32,771 bases of DNA from Sulfurimonas sp. (GCA_021161305.1 JAGHAW010000188.1:1-32771); one strand, 5' to 3'. Positions 1 through 9,404 are shown, counted from the stretch's first letter. A program made the numbers and translations. Notes: a model not told the origin generated them from the letters alone.

Positions 1-1113
1 ATTGAAACAAAACTCTTAGGTCTTCGCAGTCGTATCAAAAATAAACAAAAAGAACCTGATATGTCAAAACCGGAGAATAAAATTAAAAAATTTATAGCTC
101 TTTTACTGTGGACTGTTTTAGCTCTTATAGCCGGTGCAGATTTTTTATGGTTCTTTGTTCCACCTGAAGATTTTTTTGTTTATCTAGCTGATTTTAACAA
201 TCATTGGGTAGTTTTTGGTACTGTTCTGGGTATAGCAGCTTTTTTGATTTATGACATTATTTTCTTAAAAGAAGATTTTTGTATATATGTTTGTCCCTAC
301 TCTCGTATTCAGTCAGTTTTATATGATGAGCATACAGTTATGGCTCTCTATGATATGCATAGAGGTGGAAATATTTATGACAAAGATACAAAACTATATT
401 CCAAACAAAAAGAGATTGTAGCTGCTCAGCCACATGCTGAGTGTACGGCTTGTGAAAGCTGTGTAACTGTTTGTCCGACTCATATAGATATTCGTAAAGG
501 TCTTCAGTTAGACTGTATAAACTGTTTAGAGTGTGTTGATGCTTGTACAACCGTTATGGGTAAACTGGGTAAACCTTCACTTGTAACTTGGTCAAGTGAT
601 TATGAAATTGTTGATCAAAAAGGTAAGACAAAATATTTCCGTTCTAAAACTTTGGGATATATGGTACTGCTGTTGGGATTAATGATGATGCTTGCATATA
701 TGAGTACAACAAAAGAAAATATGCTACTTAATATCAACAAAGAGACTCGTCTATATTCTACCAAGGTTATGTTAGATGGAAAAATTAGAGTAGATAATGC
801 TTATAAATTCCTTCTTCAAAATACTCAAAATGAAGAGATGAAATTTTTCTTTGAAATCATTCCTCCAAAAGGCATGGAAGGTAAAATCATTATTGCTAAA
901 CCAAGTAAAGAATTTACAGTAGTTCCAGGAGTTAAAAAGAAAAAAATTGTTGTTCTGAGAACTACTGAACTTTTAGTAGATGATGATAGAAAAGATACAA
1001 TTATTCCTATCACGATTAGAGCTTATGCTTTAGGTCATGAAGATAAAATTGTGGTTTTTAGAAACACTACTTTTATCTTTCCAAAAGCGACTATATTAAA
1101 AAAAGCCAAATAG
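1..1113 (+). CDS. ccoG: Cytochrome c oxidase (cbb3) accessory protein CcoG/FixG/RdxA, 5'-truncated by the window edge
   Basis: Frame is open from base 1 (IETKLLGLRSRIK...). FCIYVCPY, CTACESCVTVCP and CINCLECVDAC 4Fe-4S motifs, TM helices and a C-terminal Ig-like region. Confidence 0.93.
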   Translation: METKLLGLRSRIKNKQKEPDMSKPENKIKKFIALLLWTVLALIAGADFLWFFVPPEDFFVYLADFNNHWVVFGTVLGIAAFLIYDIIFLKEDFCIYVCPYSRIQSVLYDEHTVMALYDMHRGGNIYDKDTKLYSKQKEIVAAQPHAECTACESCVTVCPTHIDIRKGLQLDCINCLECVDACTTVMGKLGKPSLVTWSSDYEIVDQKGKTKYFRSKTLGYMVLLLGLMMMLAYMSTTKENMLLNINKETRLYSTKVMLDGKIRVDNAYKFLLQNTQNEEMKFFFEIIPPKGMEGKIIIAKPSKEFTVVPGVKKKKIVVLRTTELLVDDDRKDTIIPITIRAYALGHEDKIVVFRNTTFIFPKATILKKAK

Positions 1114-1116
1114 TTA

Positions 1117-1138
1117 AAGCCTAGCACTTGTTGGGCTT
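1117..1138 (+). terminator. Hairpin after ccoG, possible intrinsic terminator
   Basis: AAGCCTAGCA-CT-TGTTGGGCTT stem with G-U pairs just after the stop; the U-tract is weak. Confidence 0.5.
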
Positions 1139-1198
1139 CTAATCAACCCTTAAAACATAATAGGATAGACTTCAAAGATTATATTTTTGGAGTCTATT

Positions 1199-4100
1199 TT
1201 GTTAAAAAAAATTATATTTTATATTTTTCTTCTCTACACTTTTTTTGGATTTGTCGTTCTACCATATATTTTAAAGTCACAAATAGTTGAAATAGTTCAA
1301 AAAGAAACCAATAGTAAAATCAGTGTAGAGAGCGTCTATTTTAATCCTTTTATATTTAACTTGAAAATTTCAGGAGTTGAGTTAAACTCTCTAAAAGATG
1401 AGCATCTCTTATCTTTGAAGTCTGTAAGTTTGGATGTTGAGGTTTACTCTCTTTTTAACTTTGCTATTCATTTGAAAAAAATTATTTTAGAAAAACCAAA
1501 AATTTCTTTAGTTTATAATAAAAATAAAACATTAAATCTAGCCTCCATAGTTAAACCTAGCAGTGAAACACCAAAAGATGAAAATGCACCCAAAAGTGAA
1601 CTTCCTAGAATTATTTTGGATAGAGTTGCTATTGTTGAGGGTATTATAAATTATGAAGATTATACACAGAAGAGTAAGTTTGATTTTTCATTTCACGATA
1701 TAGGTTTTGAGTTAAGAGATATTGACACTAACGATTTTAATACCAGCAGTGCCAATTTAAGATTCTACTCTACTCTGGGTGATGGTGGATTTGTTGATTT
1801 AAAAAGTGAAGTGTTAGGCTTTAAACCTCTTATAGTTCAAGGTAGTTTAGATTTTGAGGCAAGTAAGTTATATACTCAGTGGAGATATTTAAAAGATAGT
1901 CTAAATCTTGAAGTTGCAGATGGAAAGATAGCTTTTTCTACAAAGTATTATGTTAATTTAGATGATTTAAACGCTACAACTATAGATAACCTTACTCTCT
2001 CTTTGGAAGGTTTGAGGGTTAAGCCAAAAAATGCATATAAGGATGTTTTAAATCTTGATTCTTTAAGAGTAGAAGATGTGACAATCAAACCTATGCTTCA
2101 AGATGTGCATGTAAAAAATATAGCTTTAGAATCTCTTCATATTAAAGCAAAAAGAGATTTAAAAGGTCAAATAGATTGGCTGGAGTATATTAAAAGCAGT
2201 AGTGAAACAGTTGATGAAAATATTACCATATCGGATGAGAATCCTGTCTCAGAGCCATGGCATGTGAAAGTAGATGATATTGCACTACAAAAGATAAAAG
2301 TTGATTTTTATGATAGAGGAGTAGTTCCCTCTGTAGATACCAGTGTTAATGAGCTTAATTTATATCTGCAAAATGTTACTTTAGCCGGAGAGGAACCACT
2401 GCTTTATCAGATTAACATGAAGCTTAATGATAAGTTAAGTTGTTCCTCAAGTGGCGATATTATACATAAAGAGTTAGCACTAAATTCATACTCTAAATGT
2501 AGTGGATTGAACCTTGTTCATTATAGACCGTACATAGATGAGGCAGCTAAAAAAGCACTGAAAGTTTATGACTTAAATCTTAAAAGTGCTGAAGTTGCTT
2601 TTGATGCCAATGTTAGCTTGTCGGATGAAAAAGAGCAGATAGTTGTTGATGTAAGTGAAGCTAATTTGAATCTTGCTAACTTTGTGCTAAATAAAAAAAG
2701 CACAAAAGAGAATCTGCTTAATTTTAGTAGTTTTGATGTGAATAGTGTTAGCCTAAATACAAAAACAAAAGATGTTTTAGTTGAAAAAGTAGCACTTAAG
2801 GGTTTAGATATTAGAACTAAACGACTAAAAGATGCAACTCTGAATGTTCAAGACTTGGTAGTTCCATATAGCAAGAAAAGTGTAAAAAAAATTAAAACTA
2901 AAAAAGAGGATGAGTATAAGATTCTTCTAAAACATTTTGCACTTAAATCAGCAAAGATTAGTTTTGATGATAGAGTTTTAATCCCAAGTGTTAAAAGTAA
3001 GATTGATAAAATTGATTTTAATGCTTACAATATAAATTCAAAAGAAAAAAGCTGGTTGAATTACGATTTTTCACTTAGAGTTAATGGTTCAGGATATACA
3101 AAAGCGAAAGGTAATCTTAGACATACGCCACTAAAACAAAAAGGTTCGTTTGAGTTACAAAGAGTATCTTTAAGGGAACTTACTCCATATATACAGCAAA
3201 GTGCATTCGTGGCTGTTGATGATGGCTATTTAAGTCTTAAAAGTAAAATAAATTATGCTCCGTCTAAAAAGAGTCCAGATTTGAGGGTTGGGGGTTCACT
3301 CAAGCTTGAAGAGTTTTTTCTAAGTGATTCCAGAGACAAAACACCTCTTTTGTCTTTTAGTGAGGTCGGTCTGAAATCTTTTACTTTTGAGATGTTTCCA
3401 AATCGACTCTTTATAAAAGAGATAGATATTAATTCATTTTATGTTAATGCAGTTATAGATGAGAACAAAACGATGAATCTTGCCTCTTTGACTAAGCCGA
3501 CAAAAGAGGACGAAATAGTTAAAAAAGAGGATGATAATTCCAGTGAAACAGCAGAAAAATTCCCAATAAAAATTATGAAGTTAAATGTTGCTCTAGGAAG
3601 TGCAAATTTTGCCGACAACTCTCTGCCTATAAAATTTCAGACAAATATACATGACCTTAACGGAGTAGTCTATGCAATCTCCAACGAAGAGGGAGAGACC
3701 AGTTTTATAGATATAGTAGGTGAGGTTGATAAGTATGGCTCAACGAAGTTAAAAGGCAGCATTAACTCAGGAAATCCAAAAGCATACACTGATCTCGATT
3801 TTAGTTTTAGAAATTTAGAGCTTAATTCTGTTAGTGGTTATAGTGCATCTTTTGCAGGGCATGAGATAGACGCAGGAAAGCTTTATCTGAATCTTGGTTA
3901 TGATATTATAGATTCGGAGTTGGTAGGCAAAAACAGTATCATCATCAAAAACATAGAACTAGGTAAAGAGTTTGAAGATGAAAATATCACCTCTCTTCCT
4001 CTAGGTTTTGTTATAGCACTTTTAGAAGATAGTGATGGAATAATAGATATAGATATGCCGGTAGAGGGGAATGTTGATGAACCTGACTTCAAGTATGGTG

Positions 4101-4744
4101 CTTTAGTTTGGAAAACTTTTGGCAATCTAATACTAAAGGCGGTAACTTCTCCTTTTAAATTTTTAGGTTCTATGATGGGTGTTGATGGCGAAGAGTTGGA
4201 GTATGTTGATTTTGAATCTGGATTGGCAAATATCCTTCCTCCAGAGAAAGAGAAACTGGATATTATTGCTAAGATGATGATTAAAAGACCTAAAATATCT
4301 CTCTTGCTTGGTGGTAGATATGATGAGATTAGTGATAAAAAAGCACTTCAAAAAGAGAAATTGATAACTTTGGTTGTTCAAAAGAGTGGAATTAAAAATA
4401 GAGAGAAACATAAAAGTGCTATGACAACAGAGTTGCTCGAAGAGATATATGAAGAGTTAAGAGATGATAAAAAGATACAAAAGATTAGAAAGAAACTTAA
4501 AAAAGAGTATAAAAAGGAAGAGCTTGAGAGAGCCTATTTCAGTTTATTGATCAAAGAGTGTATAAACATACAGCCTCTAACTATTGATGAGTTAAAAACT
4601 TTAGGAGCTACAAGAGCAGCTAAGCTGAAATCTTATCTTGTTGAGGTAAAAGCTGTTGAAAGCTCAAGAGTTAGTGTTAGTGAAGTTGTTGCTGTTGATG
4701 AGCATGATGAAAAATGGGTAAAAACTAAACTTAATGTTAAATAG
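1199..4744 (+). CDS. DUF748 repeat (AsmA-like) envelope protein with a C-terminal OmpA-like segment
   Basis: N-terminal TM followed by 'VYFNPF'; repeated beta-rich units; 'LPLGFVIALLEDSDGIIDIDMPVEGNVDEPDF' motif. TTG at 1199 preferred because GGAG (1189-1192) precedes it; the ORF track starts at 1187. Confidence 0.85.
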   Translation: MLKKIIFYIFLLYTFFGFVVLPYILKSQIVEIVQKETNSKISVESVYFNPFIFNLKISGVELNSLKDEHLLSLKSVSLDVEVYSLFNFAIHLKKIILEKPKISLVYNKNKTLNLASIVKPSSETPKDENAPKSELPRIILDRVAIVEGIINYEDYTQKSKFDFSFHDIGFELRDIDTNDFNTSSANLRFYSTLGDGGFVDLKSEVLGFKPLIVQGSLDFEASKLYTQWRYLKDSLNLEVADGKIAFSTKYYVNLDDLNATTIDNLTLSLEGLRVKPKNAYKDVLNLDSLRVEDVTIKPMLQDVHVKNIALESLHIKAKRDLKGQIDWLEYIKSSSETVDENITISDENPVSEPWHVKVDDIALQKIKVDFYDRGVVPSVDTSVNELNLYLQNVTLAGEEPLLYQINMKLNDKLSCSSSGDIIHKELALNSYSKCSGLNLVHYRPYIDEAAKKALKVYDLNLKSAEVAFDANVSLSDEKEQIVVDVSEANLNLANFVLNKKSTKENLLNFSSFDVNSVSLNTKTKDVLVEKVALKGLDIRTKRLKDATLNVQDLVVPYSKKSVKKIKTKKEDEYKILLKHFALKSAKISFDDRVLIPSVKSKIDKIDFNAYNINSKEKSWLNYDFSLRVNGSGYTKAKGNLRHTPLKQKGSFELQRVSLRELTPYIQQSAFVAVDDGYLSLKSKINYAPSKKSPDLRVGGSLKLEEFFLSDSRDKTPLLSFSEVGLKSFTFEMFPNRLFIKEIDINSFYVNAVIDENKTMNLASLTKPTKEDEIVKKEDDNSSETAEKFPIKIMKLNVALGSANFADNSLPIKFQTNIHDLNGVVYAISNEEGETSFIDIVGEVDKYGSTKLKGSINSGNPKAYTDLDFSFRNLELNSVSGYSASFAGHEIDAGKLYLNLGYDIIDSELVGKNSIIIKNIELGKEFEDENITSLPLGFVIALLEDSDGIIDIDMPVEGNVDEPDFKYGALVWKTFGNLILKAVTSPFKFLGSMMGVDGEELEYVDFESGLANILPPEKEKLDIIAKMMIKRPKISLLLGGRYDEISDKKALQKEKLITLVVQKSGIKNREKHKSAMTTELLEEIYEELRDDKKIQKIRKKLKKEYKKEELERAYFSLLIKECINIQPLTIDELKTLGATRAAKLKSYLVEVKAVESSRVSVSEVVAVDEHDEKWVKTKLNVK

Positions 4745-4746
4745 TC

Positions 4747-5157
4747 TTATTTTTCAATATATTTGTTATAACTAGAATCTAGCTTGATGCCATTTAATTC
4801 TAGCCGTTTTTTATAAAAAAGAATATTTGGGCGTCCTTTTTGCCAGAAGAAAGCACCTATGACATTTTCGTTGTCAAGGTGGGAGTATCTTGTTCCAAAA
4901 AGAAGTTTTTCTCTGCACTTAGAGGGAATATTTTTAAGAGTGGATAGGATGATGATATCTGCTTCTTCACACTCCTTAACAATTTTTATATTACCAGGAA
5001 AAAGTTGAAGTGATTTTACTTCTTTGTGTATATATATTACAGGTTCTGTTTTTTTTGTAATACTTTTAGTAATCATATTAAAAATAGATGACGCTTTTTG
5101 AGAGTTCTCAGCATTAACAGTGCTAATAATTAAAAAAAACAGAATAATCTTTTTCAA
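4747..5157 (-). CDS. Small secreted/periplasmic protein coupled to the TonB receptor gene (possibly YfiR/HmsC-like)
   Basis: Signal peptide MKKIILFFLIISTVNA; two Cys; C-terminal 'GRPNILFYKKRLELNGIKLDS'; 4-nt overlap with the receptor stop codon. Confidence 0.6.
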   Translation of the reverse strand: MKKIILFFLIISTVNAENSQKASSIFNMITKSITKKTEPVIYIHKEVKSLQLFPGNIKIVKECEEADIIILSTLKNIPSKCREKLLFGTRYSHLDNENVIGAFFWQKGRPNILFYKKRLELNGIKLDSSYNKYIEK

Positions 5158-7040
5158 AATAGGTACTCCATTCCAAACATAAATCTTTGCTCAACAACTG
5201 GAACTTCTATGGTGTCTGACGGGGAACCAGTTACTAGGTTTATTTGATTTACATAGATATGTTTTTGACCGGAATTAAAAATATTATCACCCTTGAGATT
5301 TAAATGAAAATCTTTTGAAACAGCATATTTAACAGCCGCAGAGTAGTCATATCCAGTTGATACACCACTATAATTATCATGAATAACAAGCTCATTAAAT
5401 ATATCAAATTTCCATATGCTATTTAACATTCTCGCTGTATAGTTGTAATGGTTTAGATTGCTATTTCCATATGGAGATTCTATGCTTGTGTAGTTAGCCT
5501 GTAGTTCCAGTTTATCTTTTTGGTTAAAAAATAGAGTAAACTCTACTCCAGCTGAATAACCAACTATATCTGTATCGCTATTTTGCATTTTAAAATTTTT
5601 ATCTAAAATTGGCGTATTTTCATTAACACCATATCCAAGAATCACTTTTGAAAGGGTTGTTTTAGTTTCATAACTTATCTCTTGAAAAATTGAGGTATAT
5701 ATTTCTGAATCTAGTTGGGGATTACCATATTGTGAAGCGAGACTCATGTATGCTTCAGATGCAAATTCTTGACGAGATAAAAATGTTTTAGCCACCCACT
5801 CTTTTTCAGAGTATATATAACCCGCTCTAAGTTGAAGCGTATTTGGGTCATTAACACTGCCATCGCGTTTATATATTTGATCCATAACAGATAAGCTAAT
5901 TAAGTGAGTATCACCCAAAGCAATTAAATCCTGCAAGAAAAATGAGTATATATCTTCTCTGGAATAAGCTTGATTTTTAGGTGGAGTAGGTATGTTAAAC
6001 TCTACATCTGTAAGATCAAAGTGCTTGTATCTATACTGGATTCCGACTGAGACAGTGTGTATATCTAAGCACCACTCTTTTTTTAAAGTAGTAGTAAACG
6101 CTTCTTCTTCCAAGGTTCTATCTAGAGAGTTTATAAAGCCTATAGAGGGAATAAGTATTGGTGTTAATGGATTGTACTTAAGTGAAAAGTCATTTTGTGT
6201 CTTAATATATGAGAGATTTAGTGTTAGTGAATCATTCAAAAATTTAGAGTGTGTTGCAAAATTTATAAATGATGATTTTCCAGAAGCACTTTTTGGTACA
6301 TTGCCTACTAGTGGACCAAGAAAAAAGTCTCCTATTATCTGTTGTGCATGAAATTCAAGGCGATGGTTTTCTCCCTCAAGTGATCCATAAAAGCGATTAG
6401 TTTGTTTGTTTCGCTTTAGAGTCTCTTCTTTATGTTCATACTCTTTTGTTTTATCATCAGAACGATTTGCATAGACAAAGTATGAGAAGGAATCCTCTTT
6501 ATTTGTATAGTAAATATTCTCTTTATTATGACCATAACTTCCTAGTGTTGTCTTAACTCGTCCACCCTCGTCATGCTCGGCTGTTTTGCTATATAAGCGA
6601 ATCACAATAGTAGCCGGTTCAACTCCGAAGTCAAAAGATGGGAAACCTTCATAAATCTCAATGTGGTCTATAAAATCCATCTCCATATTTCCAAAAAGAA
6701 TCAATCCACTACCAGTAACAGCAGTAAGCAGTTCATTTTCATTTAGATAGACACGAACGCTCTTGGAGTAGTAACCTATGGGGTCCTGGTTTAAAGTGTC
6801 AGGTTGAGCCATACGGTTTTCGATATAAGGGAAGAAACGAAGAGATTTCAGTACATCTTTAAGTGTTTCTACCTGCATTCTTTCCAAATCATCACGAGTG
6901 TAGATGATGAGATTTCCAGCACTCTCACTCTTTGTTTTTTTAGAAAGCTCAGATGCCTCTTCATACTCTTGTAAAAGGGAATCTATACCTTGTGCATATA
7001 AAATAGAGAGAGAAAAAAGTATTGAAAAGAGAACTCTCAT
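5154..7040 (-). CDS. TonB-dependent receptor-like outer membrane protein
   Basis: Signal peptide; plug-like 'NLIIYTRDDLERMQVETLKDVLK' and 'IDHIEIYEG'; C-terminal 'NIFN...RFMFGMEYLF' ending in Phe. Confidence 0.85.
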   Translation of the reverse strand: MRVLFSILFSLSILYAQGIDSLLQEYEEASELSKKTKSESAGNLIIYTRDDLERMQVETLKDVLKSLRFFPYIENRMAQPDTLNQDPIGYYSKSVRVYLNENELLTAVTGSGLILFGNMEMDFIDHIEIYEGFPSFDFGVEPATIVIRLYSKTAEHDEGGRVKTTLGSYGHNKENIYYTNKEDSFSYFVYANRSDDKTKEYEHKEETLKRNKQTNRFYGSLEGENHRLEFHAQQIIGDFFLGPLVGNVPKSASGKSSFINFATHSKFLNDSLTLNLSYIKTQNDFSLKYNPLTPILIPSIGFINSLDRTLEEEAFTTTLKKEWCLDIHTVSVGIQYRYKHFDLTDVEFNIPTPPKNQAYSREDIYSFFLQDLIALGDTHLISLSVMDQIYKRDGSVNDPNTLQLRAGYIYSEKEWVAKTFLSRQEFASEAYMSLASQYGNPQLDSEIYTSIFQEISYETKTTLSKVILGYGVNENTPILDKNFKMQNSDTDIVGYSAGVEFTLFFNQKDKLELQANYTSIESPYGNSNLNHYNYTARMLNSIWKFDIFNELVIHDNYSGVSTGYDYSAAVKYAVSKDFHLNLKGDNIFNSGQKHIYVNQINLVTGSPSDTIEVPVVEQRFMFGMEYLF

Positions 7041-7056
7041 AAACTACCCTTCCATA

Positions 7057-7086
7057 ATTATCATTACATATTATCTAACTATTATC
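7057..7086 (-). promoter_or_regulatory. Three GATAAT hexamers upstream of the TonB receptor (Fur-like)
   Basis: ATTATC at 7057-7062, 7070-7075 and 7081-7086 on +, i.e. GATAAT on -. Confidence 0.35.
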
Positions 7087-7171
7087 GTCCCATTTCCCTT
7101 AAATAGTGATTAATTTATATCAACAAAATAGAATAGAATATAAATTTTTTAATAAAACTATTTAGTAAAAA

Positions 7172-7181
7172 ATTATATAAT
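7172..7181. promoter_or_regulatory. Palindromic ATTATATAAT giving TATAAT on both strands between divergent genes
   Basis: Read directly from the sequence; lies between the - strand receptor gene and the + strand gene at 7212. Confidence 0.45.
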
Positions 7182-7211
7182 AGAAATTAAATTTATTTTT
7201 AGGAGTTAAAA

Positions 7212-7682
7212 TTGATGTCTCATTTTCCAAATACATTGAACTCTTTTTGGCTCTGGCGAGAAGTTTCATCAAAGCTTGGCGTTTCCAATCCTCTCTATAA
7301 GTATTGGAAGGAGACACCAAATCTGAAACTAAATAACAAGTATGTTTTTGTGCAAAAAGATAGACTTCCAATAAAATATGAGTATGTTGAGCCTATTTTA
7401 ACTGACCTCTCTGGTCATCTGCCTATAAAATTCGCTTCTGATAGACTGCATGCTAATGAACACATATTTTCATATGAGAAGATGAAGCTGTATAAAGAGT
7501 TTGAGTATAAATATGTTGAAGATGTAAAGTTTGTAAATATAAAGAAATTTTTTAGAGAAAATGGTATCAAAGTCTCTAAAAACTCAATCATACAACTTGG
7601 CAAAATAAAGGACTTGGATTTGAATATAAGCTCTACATTTTATAATCTGAAAAATGATTACGGGATTGTGGTATACGACTGA
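7212..7682 (+). CDS. Hypothetical soluble protein, probably of a Campylobacterota-conserved family
   Basis: AGGAG RBS at 7201-7205; start TTG 7212 or ATG 7215; no TM segments; stop overlaps the next start. Confidence 0.75.
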   Translation: MMSHFPNTLNSFWLWREVSSKLGVSNPLYKYWKETPNLKLNNKYVFVQKDRLPIKYEYVEPILTDLSGHLPIKFASDRLHANEHIFSYEKMKLYKEFEYKYVEDVKFVNIKKFFRENGIKVSKNSIIQLGKIKDLDLNISSTFYNLKNDYGIVVYD

Positions 7683-8728
7683 TGAATCTATTTTTTATTG
7701 AATTTCGTGATCCACTTTTTGGCATTATTATCTTTTTTGTTCTTATCTTTGTGATTACATTTTTTTCATATTGGTGGAGTACTTTTAGAAAAAATAAGGA
7801 TTATAGACATTTAGATAGATTTTTGAGACAGTTTCGCTCCCTTCCATCTCAAAAAGAGTTAAAGGTGCTAATCAAAAGTGGGGAATTATCAGAAAAATCT
7901 TGGCTCCTTTTGGCACAATCCTACTCTAAAAATGGTAATTATGAGAAAAGTATAGAGATTTATAATGAAATCTTAAAAGTAGGGAGCAAGCAAAACTACC
8001 GAGACACTCTTTTTTTGCTTGGTCGTACATATTTTAAAGCTGGTTTTTTAGAACGAGCAAAACAGATTTTTTTAGAGATACTTAAAAATAATCCTAGAAC
8101 ACCACAGGCACTTGATTACCTGCTTTTGGTTTATGAACATATGAGAGAGTATGCTCTTGCGCTAGAGGTGTCAGAGTCATTAGATGAGTTAAACAGAGAT
8201 ATAACAAATGATGTAGCTTATCTTAAATCTTTGTCAATTTTAAATGATGTTAAAACTTCTAATGATGTTAAGGCTACTTCGTTGCTTAAGATATATAGAG
8301 CAAACCATCAACTTACATATATGGTGTTTGAGTATCTTTTTCGTGTAGATCCAAAACTTGCTTGGAACAATTTTGACAGCTCAAAAAGTGAACTTTTAAC
8401 AGATATTTTATGGCAAGTAAACCCAAAAGATTTGGATTTGGATATAATAACACAAAATGGCTATTTAAGGGAACTATACACAGCTCGAGGTGATATTGAG
8501 TTGGCAAGCAAAAGTTCTGTTTTTGAGTTTGATGTTCTTATAAATCTCAAAAACAGAGCCAATGCAACCTTGAGTTTTGAGTATATTTGTGATAATTGCA
8601 AACAAGTTTATCCATTTGCATTTAGTCGCTGTTCGCATTGTCACTCTATTGATACCAGTAGGGTTGAATTTAGTCTTAGTAAAGATTATCATAGGGATTT
8701 TAGTGAAGAAAATAACTCTTTTCAGTGA
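7682..8728 (+). CDS. LapB/YciM-like protein (N-terminal TM, TPR repeats, C-terminal rubredoxin-like CxxC..CxxC)
   Basis: TM 'GIIIFFVLIFVITFFSYWW'; TPR 'LGRTYFKAGFLERAKQIF'; 'YICDNC...RCSHCHS'. Confidence 0.8.
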   Translation: MNLFFIEFRDPLFGIIIFFVLIFVITFFSYWWSTFRKNKDYRHLDRFLRQFRSLPSQKELKVLIKSGELSEKSWLLLAQSYSKNGNYEKSIEIYNEILKVGSKQNYRDTLFLLGRTYFKAGFLERAKQIFLEILKNNPRTPQALDYLLLVYEHMREYALALEVSESLDELNRDITNDVAYLKSLSILNDVKTSNDVKATSLLKIYRANHQLTYMVFEYLFRVDPKLAWNNFDSSKSELLTDILWQVNPKDLDLDIITQNGYLRELYTARGDIELASKSSVFEFDVLINLKNRANATLSFEYICDNCKQVYPFAFSRCSHCHSIDTSRVEFSLSKDYHRDFSEENNSFQ

Positions 8729-9131
8729 TGGAAGTGCTTTAGGTAACCCAGGACCCGGTGGTTATGGTACGATTTTACTCTATGGTAAAACGGAAAAAAT
8801 CATTAGTGGTGGTGAAAGATATACTACCAACAACAGAATGGAGTTAAGAGGTGCTATAGAGGGCTTAAAAGCTCTTAAAGAAGCATGTGAAGTAGAGATA
8901 ATTTCCGATTCGTCTTATGTTGTAAAAGGTATAAATGAGTGGTTAATTTCTTGGATAAAAAGAGATTTCAAGAAGGTTAAAAATATAGATTTGTGGAAAG
9001 AATATATAGAAGTATCGCAAAAGCATAAAGTAGTGGCGACTTGGGTTCGAGGACATGATGGGCATATAGAAAATGAACGCTGTGATGAACTGGCTCGCAA
9101 TGAAGCAGAGGAACAAAAAAAATTATTGTAA
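8703..9131 (+). CDS. rnhA: Ribonuclease HI
   Basis: FSDGSALGNPGPGG, TTNNRMEL, SDSSYV, WVRGHDGHIENERCD. True start is GTG 8703 with AGGGA upstream; the ORF-track extension to 8577 overlaps the previous gene. Confidence 0.97.
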   Translation: MKKITLFSDGSALGNPGPGGYGTILLYGKTEKIISGGERYTTNNRMELRGAIEGLKALKEACEVEIISDSSYVVKGINEWLISWIKRDFKKVKNIDLWKEYIEVSQKHKVVATWVRGHDGHIENERCDELARNEAEEQKKLL

Positions 9132-9135
9132 GGAG

Positions 9136-9404
9136 AAGCTCCTAATCATAAAATAACCCCAATTTCAGAAGCTTAAAAAAAGGGCTAATGTGAGGCAAAA
9201 ATCTGCAGTTGCACATATTGTGCTTCAAAGATTTTTAACGAAGCAGTAGCTCTTTTTTTAAACTTCCCTTCGGGCGATAAGTAAATAGCCCTATTGCGTC
9301 GTTAGATTTATTTGGATTAGACAAACTAGTCCTGCATAAATCTGCCTAGCACTAGAGCTATTTACTTATCGCTGAAGTTGGGGTTATTTTATGATTAGGA
9401 GCTT
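9136..9404. mobile_element. MITE-like palindromic element with 33-bp terminal inverted repeats and two internal hairpin arms
   Basis: 9136-9168 AAGCTCCTAATCATAAAATAACCCCAATTTCAG matches the reverse complement of 9372-9404 with 1 mismatch. Internal arms at 9168-9266 and 9274-9372. AGCT at 9137-9140 and 9400-9403 is a possible target-site duplication. No ORF inside. Confidence 0.75.

Noticed and set aside
8577-8702. N-terminal extension of RNase HI
   Set aside because: It overlaps the upstream TPR gene; RNase H homology begins at GTG 8703, which has an SD.
9136-9404. tRNA, SRP RNA, tmRNA or riboswitch
   Set aside because: No cloverleaf or T-loop and no recognisable consensus; 33-bp terminal repeats with opposite-strand arms fit a palindromic element better.
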